This document shows positions 17,066 through 23,389 of a DNA stretch of 34,458 nucleotides, piece after piece; positions within the stretch are counted from its first letter, which is position 1, and every line of letters starts with the position of its first letter. This DNA comes from a virus (lineage: Duplodnaviria; Caudoviricetes). The notes beneath the pieces were generated by a model. That model had not been told where the DNA came from, did no database searches, and worked only from the letters and a program-made list of their open reading frames with translations. The stretch is taken from positions 1 to 34,458 of the IMG/VR virus record IMGVR_UViG_3300017707_000280. One strand, written 5' to 3'. Position numbers and translations under genes: made by a program.

Positions 17066-17095
17066 TTTTCAGGGTGGATTTTAGGGCGTGGGAAA

Positions 17096-17902
17096 ATGCA
17101 CTATTACCAACATCACATTGGTGACTTTATCAAAGACACTTCTTTCTTAACAAATGAGGAAGTGGGGATTTATCTCAAACTTCTTTGGCTTTATTACGAT
17201 ACTGAACATCCATTGCCGAACTCAATTTTCGAGTTATCAATAAAAGTCAATGCTCGTGACCAACAAGATGCTCTAAACGGAATCTTGGGGATGTTTTTCA
17301 CATTACGAAATGACGAATGGCATCACAATAGATGCGATAAAGAAATTTCCTTTTATAAACAACAACTTGAAACAGCATCAAAAGCTGGCAAAGCATCAGC
17401 CGCAAAAAGAGCACTCAACAGAAACTCAACGGTCGTTGAACGGTCGTTGGATTCATGTTCAACGGTCGTGCAACCAACCAATAACCAAGAACCAATAACC
17501 AATAACCATAGTATTGATGAACCACCAACAAAACAAAGAACAAAAGGCTCACGCCTTTCAACAGATTTTGAGTTACCTGATTCTTGGACAGAATTCTGCC
17601 AAACAGAACGACCTGACTTAAACCCGCAAAAGGTGTTTGATTCGTTCAAAGACTATTGGGTGGCAAAAGCAGGTGCGGCAGGTGTGAAGTTGGATTGGCA
17701 AGCCACATGGCGCAATTGGGTAAGAAACCAGAACATTGTCAAACCATTGTTCAACAAGGCAGATATTGTCCACCAGACCGTACCCTCAAGCTCACAGCGT
17801 GACCCTGCGCTTGTCAAACTTGATGAAGACAGGCTAAAGACTGCACCACCAAACCCTGAAGTTCTGGCAAGAATGAGAGCACTTTTAGGAAGACAGGCAT
17901 GA
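17096..17902 (+). CDS. Replication initiator (YdaU/DUF1376-like N-terminus)
   Basis: MHYYQHHIGDF...GIYLKLL..YY..E, RCDKEI, AGKASA; C-terminal FKDYW...KLDWQATWRNW; internal iterons. Confidence 0.85.
   Translation: MHYYQHHIGDFIKDTSFLTNEEVGIYLKLLWLYYDTEHPLPNSIFELSIKVNARDQQDALNGILGMFFTLRNDEWHHNRCDKEISFYKQQLETASKAGKASAAKRALNRNSTVVERSLDSCSTVVQPTNNQEPITNNHSIDEPPTKQRTKGSRLSTDFELPDSWTEFCQTERPDLNPQKVFDSFKDYWVAKAGAAGVKLDWQATWRNWVRNQNIVKPLFNKADIVHQTVPSSSQRDPALVKLDEDRLKTAPPNPEVLARMRALLGRQA
17426..17510. repeat. Putative replication origin: AACGGTCGT x3 followed by AACCAAT-type repeats
   Basis: Iterons at 17428, 17439, 17461; A-rich strand-biased repeats 17472-17510; inside the initiator gene as in lambdoid O genes. 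Confidence 0.7.
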
Positions 17903-18168
17903 CAAAAAATGAAGCAAACAGACTCCTTGATGAAGTCAGAGATGGAAACCGACTCCACCCCGTTGTCAGAATCACCGAAGCACTATGGGCGACAGGGGAT
18001 TGCGTTAGAAACTTACCTGTTCACACTCAACCATTTAGTGAAGATAGCATCAACGAATGGCTGGAAAGCTCAGGCATGGCACAGGGCGAAAGAATTGGAA
18101 AATCACCCATTGGGGATATTCAAGGGCATCAGTCAGGAATTGACCAAAATAATGAAAGCACAAAATGA
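17899..18168 (+). CDS. Hypothetical protein (ANRLLDEVRDG...ITEALWATGD)
   Basis: ATGA coupling at both ends. Confidence 0.55.
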   Translation: MTKNEANRLLDEVRDGNRLHPVVRITEALWATGDCVRNLPVHTQPFSEDSINEWLESSGMAQGERIGKSPIGDIQGHQSGIDQNNESTK

Positions 18169-19016
18169 ACCCATTTCTGATAAATGAACCTACTTGCATC
18201 AGTTTTTCAGGTGGTAGGACTTCTGCTTATATGCTTTACAGGGTGCTAGAAGCTCACCAAATGAGCCTACCAAATGATGCAGTAGTCTGTTTTGCCAACA
18301 CAGGAAAGGAAGAAGAAGCCACCTTAGAGTTTGTCAATGAATGTTCTATGCGTTGGAATGTTCCAATTTCTTGGTTGGAATATGTGGAAGTTGATGGTAA
18401 ACATTCTTTTAAGGTTGTTGATTATCAAACTGCTAGTAGAAATGGCGAGCCTTTTGAGGAAATTATTAAACACTTTGACAATGCTTTGCCAAACGGCAGG
18501 GCTAGATACTGTTCAGCAAATCTAAAAACTAGGACTTTTTATAGATATTTAAAGTCTATTGGCTGGGAAGAATGGGAGTCTTTCCTTGGGATTCGTGCTG
18601 ATGAGCCTAAAAGAGTTGTTAAATTTAGGGCAAATCCTAATCCAGAAGGTAAACATGAGACTGTGCATTTGCCTTTAGCGCAAGCTAATGTTTCGGCTAA
18701 AGATGTAAGTAACTTTTGGAAACAGCAAGATTTTGACTTAGGTCTACCAAACATTAATGGAAAAACAATGCATGGAAACTGTGATTTGTGTATGTTAAAG
18801 CCTAAAGCGCAGATTCTTAGCCTTATTCAAGAAAAGCCAGAGAGGGCATTATGGTGGATTAAACAAGAAGAAGAAGCTGCAAAAAGATGCGTTGGCGATG
18901 GAAAGTTTTTTGCTATCGATAGGCCTACTTATGCACAAATGTATAAATATGCTGCCGAACAAACCGATATGTTTGATAAAGATGAAGAAGCTATTTCTTG
19001 TTTCTGTGGAGACTAA
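18165..19016 (+). CDS. PAPS-reductase (CysH)-family protein
   Basis: PP-loop SFSGGRTS, FANTGKE, RYCSANLK, GIRADE, NCDLC and C-terminal CFCGD. Confidence 0.85.
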   Translation: MNPFLINEPTCISFSGGRTSAYMLYRVLEAHQMSLPNDAVVCFANTGKEEEATLEFVNECSMRWNVPISWLEYVEVDGKHSFKVVDYQTASRNGEPFEEIIKHFDNALPNGRARYCSANLKTRTFYRYLKSIGWEEWESFLGIRADEPKRVVKFRANPNPEGKHETVHLPLAQANVSAKDVSNFWKQQDFDLGLPNINGKTMHGNCDLCMLKPKAQILSLIQEKPERALWWIKQEEEAAKRCVGDGKFFAIDRPTYAQMYKYAAEQTDMFDKDEEAISCFCGD

Positions 19017-19020
19017 CTAC

Positions 19021-19503
19021 ATGATTTATATAGGAATCGATCCGGGCGCAGTCTCAGGCGCATTAGGCGCAATTGACCATGATGGTAATTACCTAGAATC
19101 ATTTGACATTGAGCACAAAGACAAGCACATATTGGCATTGGTCTTTAAAAGTCGAATTCTGAGCATTGTTGACCCTAAAGAGGGCGCAGAGATATGCATG
19201 GAACAAGTCCATTCAATGCCAAACCAAGGGATTTCAAGCACTTTTACATTCGGTCGTGCAGTAGGGGTGATTAGTGCGGTTTGTGATTTGACCCGATACC
19301 CCGTGCATTTGGTAACACCCCAAAAGTGGAAAAAGCATTTTCACTTGACAGCAGATAAGAATGAATCGTTGGACATGGCTCGCTATTTATGGCCTGAAGC
19401 CAAATTAACGCTCAAAAAACACACAAACAAAGCAGAGGCACTCTTAATCGCTGAATACTTGAGGCACACATTGCATGGCATCGAAAAGCAGAAAACCGCC
19501 TAA
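19021..19503 (+). CDS. RuvC-like Holliday junction resolvase
   Basis: IGIDPG, EQV, FTFG, VTPQKWK, AEALLIA motifs; GGAG RBS. Confidence 0.85.
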   Translation: MIYIGIDPGAVSGALGAIDHDGNYLESFDIEHKDKHILALVFKSRILSIVDPKEGAEICMEQVHSMPNQGISSTFTFGRAVGVISAVCDLTRYPVHLVTPQKWKKHFHLTADKNESLDMARYLWPEAKLTLKKHTNKAEALLIAEYLRHTLHGIEKQKTA

Positions 19504-19705
19504 TGCTAAGGGTCAGGTGATTTTTTACACTGACAAGGAAAAACAAGCCTTAGAGCACATTGGCGGTGGTTCAGTGGCTGAAGGTGCTCGTATTAGCATT
19601 CGATGGGCGGCGCATTTTTGGCGTGTAGGTTTGCGCCCTGACTTTGATTTGAACCATGTCGGCATCTGTTTATTTGTTGACGACCCACACGCAGACGATT
19701 TATAG
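19475..19705 (+). CDS. Small hypothetical, possibly DNA-binding protein
   Basis: TDKEKQALEHIGGGSVAEGAR resembles an RHH-like helix pair; GAGG RBS. Confidence 0.55.
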   Translation: MASKSRKPPNAKGQVIFYTDKEKQALEHIGGGSVAEGARISIRWAAHFWRVGLRPDFDLNHVGICLFVDDPHADDL

Positions 19706-19756
19706 GCGGTTTTAAGCGGTTTTTTTGCCTTGGGAATGGTAAGGTATAGGCAGACA

Positions 19757-19778
19757 AGAAAAAAGCCCCGAAGGGCTT
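19757..19778 (-). terminator. Intrinsic terminator of the leftward early operon
   Basis: Minus strand AAGCCC-TTCG-GGGCTT followed by TTTT. Confidence 0.75.
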
Positions 19779-19801
19779 AAAATTGAAAAGTGCTCACTAA
19801 C

Positions 19802-19852
19802 TTATTTTCTGAGAATAATTTTCAACAATAGGGCAATAGTTGCATAAATCAT
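19802..19852 (-). CDS. 16-aa hydrophobic peptide MIYATIALLLKIILRK
   Basis: ATGA coupling to the upstream ORF, immediately before the terminator. Confidence 0.4.
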   Translation of the reverse strand: MIYATIALLLKIILRK

Positions 19853-20019
19853 GGATTTCGCACCTTGTGCAGTGCATCATTTTTGCATTGGTCAATATCT
19901 GACGCACTCAAACCAGTAGATAATTCAATTGCCAATTGCACGGCTCGCTTACTTTGTTCATCACTGGGTGCAACTATTGCAAGAACCAGTGCCTCTGTGA
20001 ATGCTTGAATTTGTGTCAT
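19849..20019 (-). CDS. Hypothetical protein (56 aa)
   Basis: Read manually: MTQIQAFTEALVLAIVAPSDEQSKRAVQLAIELSTGL...; GAGG RBS; ATGA overlaps. Confidence 0.65.
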   Translation of the reverse strand: MTQIQAFTEALVLAIVAPSDEQSKRAVQLAIELSTGLSASDIDQCKNDALHKVRNP

Positions 20020-20312
20020 TCTGTTACCTCATTTTCTGAGTATTCAGTAATCAGGTTTTTAGCTATTTCAAACCAGTTGACATTTTCTAGAAAAGCCCTT
20101 GCATAATCTTGCATAAGGTTTGAATGTCTTTCATCATGCCCACACTCAAAAATAACTTCCTCTGCGTATTGTTTAAGGCTTTGCCCTAATTCATAGGCAT
20201 CTGTTAAATCACAGGCAGAATAGTATTCTGTAGGGTCAAACCCATCAAATACTTCAAGGTTTACCCTCCATGTTTCGTAATTTGTCCAACCATTATAAGT
20301 TTTATCAGTCAT
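20016..20312 (-). CDS. Conserved acidic phage protein (YNGWTNYETW motif)
   Basis: Recognisable N-terminal motif; ATAGGTG RBS. Confidence 0.75.
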   Translation of the reverse strand: MTDKTYNGWTNYETWRVNLEVFDGFDPTEYYSACDLTDAYELGQSLKQYAEEVIFECGHDERHSNLMQDYARAFLENVNWFEIAKNLITEYSENEVTE

Positions 20313-20381
20313 TTTTAACACCTATTAAGACCCTGCAAAAGCACAGGCAAAAGGGCACATTGTGCCCAATTGTTTGTACTC

Positions 20382-21032
20382 TTATTCTGTCACTGTTACA
20401 GGTGTTTCAGCCTCTACAGGCTTAACCGTAGGCAAATAACACCATTCAGGCACACGGGCATAGTCTCCGTCTCTCATAGGCATGATGATGCCTACAAAAT
20501 GTAAATCAGCCCCTATTGACACAATGCCGCTATCCGTACCCCTTTGCTTGATAGATACATTGCAGTTATTAGATTTTGACCCTCTTAAATCGCTATCGGC
20601 ATCATAAAATGCCATTAAATAAGAGATATTGTATGAACTAGGCTTTATTTCATCGTCTTTTACCATCAAAGGGATAATTCTATCGGTATTAGGAAAACAA
20701 CCCTCTACAGCACTGAATACACGGGTAGAATTATCTGGCTCGATAACTGTAATTTTTTCACCCTCTACTGTAAAGTGTAGAGTTTCATTACCTTTTTTAC
20801 CTGTAGCAGATAATGCTTTAACAGCATCTAAGGGAATAATTACCTTTGATTGATTTTCTACATAGTCACTATCAATCAACAAACGGCCTAACATATGCCC
20901 ATTTGTAGACTCTAAGTATGTACCTCTGTTATTTTGCACCACATGGATACCCTGCAAATAATATCGAATGTCTTTTATTGCACTGAATCTAGATAATGCT
21001 TTTAACTGTTTCCGTTGAATTGTGAATTTCAT
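20382..21032 (-). CDS. Truncated DNA polymerase III beta-clamp-like protein (216 aa)
   Basis: DIRYYLQGIHV, ESTNGHML, VIIP, EGCFPNTDRIIP, IIMPMR correspond to DnaN motifs. Confidence 0.75.
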   Translation of the reverse strand: MKFTIQRKQLKALSRFSAIKDIRYYLQGIHVVQNNRGTYLESTNGHMLGRLLIDSDYVENQSKVIIPLDAVKALSATGKKGNETLHFTVEGEKITVIEPDNSTRVFSAVEGCFPNTDRIIPLMVKDDEIKPSSYNISYLMAFYDADSDLRGSKSNNCNVSIKQRGTDSGIVSIGADLHFVGIIMPMRDGDYARVPEWCYLPTVKPVEAETPVTVTE

Positions 21033-21107
21033 TTTTAACACCTATTGAAAGCCTAGGAAAATGCCTAGGTGATAGGATACTGTTACCAATACCCTATACC
21101 CTAGTTT

Positions 21108-21191
21108 TTAGCCCCATACCCCTATGATTAGCATAAGACAAATAAACCCTGTAAAGCTTACCCATATCACAATTTTGTCGATTGATTCCAT
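21108..21191 (-). CDS. 27-aa membrane peptide
   Basis: MESIDKIVIWVSFTGFICLMLIIGVWG; TAATG coupling. Confidence 0.5.
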   Translation of the reverse strand: MESIDKIVIWVSFTGFICLMLIIGVWG

Positions 21192-21391
21192 TATTGTGCC
21201 TTTGTAATATTGCAATATTCTACCCATTCATCATGCGTCATTGCATAATTAACTGAATAGAAAACATCATTTAGGGTTAAATCTTGCTCATATTTAATAA
21301 ATGCTTCAGTTGCCCCATTGGGTAAACCATTTGATAAATATGGCCTATGAGACACAATACGACCAGTTGACAATTTAATATCTTTTTTCAT
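21191..21391 (-). CDS. Hypothetical protein
   Basis: ATAGGTG RBS before ATG 21391. Confidence 0.65.
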   Translation of the reverse strand: MKKDIKLSTGRIVSHRPYLSNGLPNGATEAFIKYEQDLTLNDVFYSVNYAMTHDEWVEYCNITKAQ

Positions 21392-21473
21392 TTTAACACC
21401 TATCAAAAAAGTTAATGAAATAGCACATTGTGACAATGTACAGGTAAGCCCCGAAGGGCTTAACTCTAAACTG

Positions 21474-21671
21474 TCAGTTAGAAATTTCCTCTATTGATTG
21501 TATGTCGGTGCAGATACACACAATGCGTTTAAATTTAGGCGAACCCGCTAAGGTATGCACAATAACATTTCTGCCAGTGTGTGTGTAAGACTCTACACGC
21601 ATGGGTTGACCATGCACTTTAATTATTTGGCCAATTGTGTATTGACCTTTAGGGATAAATGCAAATTTCAT
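21474..21671 (-). CDS. Hypothetical protein, first gene of leftward early operon
   Basis: AAGG RBS before ATG 21671. Confidence 0.6.
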   Translation of the reverse strand: MKFAFIPKGQYTIGQIIKVHGQPMRVESYTHTGRNVIVHTLAGSPKFKRIVCICTDIQSIEEISN

Positions 21672-21717
21672 ATCAACGCCTTTTAAGTTTACTGTCCAAC
21701 ATCGGACATTAAATACT

Positions 21718-21735
21718 ATGCAGTTATCGTGCCAG
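21718..21735 (-). promoter_or_regulatory. Sigma54 (RpoN) -24/-12 promoter-like site
   Basis: Minus strand CTGGCACGATAACTGCAT matches TGGCACG-N4-TTGCW with GG-N10-GC spacing, about 47 bp before ATG 21671. Confidence 0.65.
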
Positions 21736-21788
21736 TTTTGCAGTTTCAGCAAGTACGGTACATAGAATGAGAGTGCTCACTAACAATG

Positions 21789-21845
21789 CGCACCAAGATA
21801 GTGCAACTCATTTCACATTATAAAATCATGCACCTAATTGGTGAT
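21789..21845. promoter_or_regulatory. Two NtrC-type enhancer sites
   Basis: CGCACCAAGATAGTGCA (21789-21805) and TGCACCTAATTGGTGAT (21829-21845) versus consensus TGCACCA-N3-TGGTGCA. Confidence 0.55.
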
Positions 21846-21901
21846 GTTAGTAACCACTCTGCACCAACTTATCCCATATAAATAACCTATCAATAACCTG
21901 T

Positions 21902-21914
21902 TATCAATAGTTTG
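21902..21914 (+). promoter_or_regulatory. IHF consensus site
   Basis: TATCAATAGTTTG fits WATCAANNNNTTR exactly, with AT-rich sequence upstream. Confidence 0.45.
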
Positions 21915-21933
21915 CATTTAATTGTGCTTGTGC

Positions 21934-22024
21934 ATATGCGAATGATTCTCATTTAGGGTGCATCGAGCCTATATGCGAATCGTTCTCATTACCATCTGCT
22001 TACTGATACCGCATTATCATTATC
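21934..22024. promoter_or_regulatory. Fur-box-like sites (two 20-bp near-identical copies plus a third partial)
   Basis: ATATGCGAATGATTCTCATT (21934-21953), ATATGCGAATCGTTCTCATT (21971-21990), ATTATCATTATC (22013-22024). Confidence 0.55.
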
Positions 22025-22038
22025 AATAGTGCAATGTT

Positions 22039-22115
22039 AGTAAGTACTTACTGGGTAGGTTAGTTAGTGCTCACTTCTATGTGTGTGAGTGCTTACTTGT
22101 AAGTGAGTGCTCACT
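22039..22115. promoter_or_regulatory. Cluster of four SlmA-binding-site-like palindromes
   Basis: GTAAGTACTTAC, GTTAGTGCTCAC, GTGAGTGCTTAC, GTGAGTGCTCAC versus SlmA consensus GTGAGTACTCAC. Confidence 0.6.
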
Positions 22116-22508
22116 TTGATAGGGGGGAGGGGGTATGCGTGGTGTTGTAAATATTTGTGAACCCTCCTCCGCACACGAAAAGCTAAATCAGACTGTACGA
22201 CACAAAAGGGTAATATGGATTAGGGGAGAAGACGGAATAGGAAAGTCACCCGTGAGTGGGTGAATCCTTTTTAAAGGAGAGCCTCTCGTTTATACTAAGT
22301 TAGAGAAGGTTGTCAGTCCTTACTCTCCACGCTACTAGCCCCGTTCAAGTCTGTGCTTTACTGAAGAACTACATGGTTCACTACGTTTATCCTACTTGGT
22401 CGGCTCAACCGCATAGAGGGGTGGGTGATGCCCCCGTTTGTCTCCACTATACAAGATTCTGATTCTCGTGTAAAGTGTGCGCTAACTTCCCATACTGTTG
22501 GACAAAAG

Positions 22509-22898
22509 ATGAATGTAGTAGATGCACTCCCTAATAACCTAAAAAAGAAGGGTCGCCCAAAAGGTTCTGGGAAGATGACCCTCAGCAAGTATGCAGACAA
22601 TCCCACTGCTCTCATACTGCCTAAGACTGAACAACAGAAAATCAAAGAACTTAAAGACCTCCTGATAAACAGTGCAGGTTCTAATGTCGTCTACAAAGCA
22701 GTCGAGATTGCAATGAATGATGAACACCCTGCACAGATGGCGGCACTCAAACTCTGTATGGACAGAATGCTTCCCGTTTCACTATTTGAAAAAGAAGGAA
22801 AACAGCGTTCCGCTGTCAACATCACCATCTCAGGCATAGGTGGTGTAGTCATTGGTGAAAACACTATAGATGCAGAAGATGTAGAGGCAAAAGAATGA
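22509..22898 (+). CDS. terS: Terminase small subunit
   Basis: KKKGRPKGS N-terminus, helical core (QMAALKLCMDR), position upstream of TerL. Confidence 0.7.
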   Translation: MNVVDALPNNLKKKGRPKGSGKMTLSKYADNPTALILPKTEQQKIKELKDLLINSAGSNVVYKAVEIAMNDEHPAQMAALKLCMDRMLPVSLFEKEGKQRSAVNITISGIGGVVIGENTIDAEDVEAKE

Positions 22899-23389
22899 GT
22901 GATTGGTTAAATGAGTATGAAAAATTCTCTGCGACTCCTTGGAGTCCTACCACTTTAAAACCAGCGGAAGAACAGCAGTTTCGCAGTTGGTTACAAGGAA
23001 CTCAACTGTTTAACTCTATTAAGTCAGACATTGCGGCTGAACAAAAGATGCCTGTCGATAAGTTAGACAACCAGAGAGTTACAGAGATGATTCTTGAATC
23101 TCCTGACTATGATTACAGGGGAGCATGGAAAGCTGGGATAAAAGAAACTATTAGTCCTTATGACAATAGACCGCACTTCCCATCGTCTACCAAGACAGGA
23201 CAAATGCTAAAAGACCCAACCCATCCAACAGCATGGAAAGAATTTTTTATGCGTCAGTATGGGACTGACCCTGATGCAATGGGACTTGACACTGTAGAAA
23301 AAGCAAAAAACTGGAGTCTTTCAAAACAAAAGGTAGACACCCCGTTTTACAAAGACCCATTCTCAATCCCAGACTACACAATCGAATAA
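22895..23389 (+). CDS. Hypothetical protein between terS and terL
   Basis: Coupled at both ends; DYDYRGAWK and HPTAWKE motifs. Confidence 0.75.
   Translation: MSDWLNEYEKFSATPWSPTTLKPAEEQQFRSWLQGTQLFNSIKSDIAAEQKMPVDKLDNQRVTEMILESPDYDYRGAWKAGIKETISPYDNRPHFPSSTKTGQMLKDPTHPTAWKEFFMRQYGTDPDAMGLDTVEKAKNWSLSKQKVDTPFYKDPFSIPDYTIE

Noticed and set aside
19859-19876. Additional NtrC-like site CGCACCTTGTGCAGTGCA
   Set aside because: Half-site spacing is one base too long and it lies within a coding region
21869-21910. DnaA boxes in the non-coding array (TTATCCCAT, TTATCAATA)
   Set aside because: Two or more mismatches to TTATNCACA; not distinguishable from AT-rich background
21934-22115. Repeats as a CRISPR array
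   Set aside because: Repeats are 12-20 bp, of different types and irregularly spaced; no cas genes
11776-22500. Lysogeny module
   Set aside because: No integrase, ParA or cI-type repressor with peptidase domain could be recognised; lifestyle remains undetermined
22358-22727. Minus-strand ORFs opposite terS, and other antisense ORFs in the track
   Set aside because: Shadows of well-supported genes, lacking RBS and recognisable motifs
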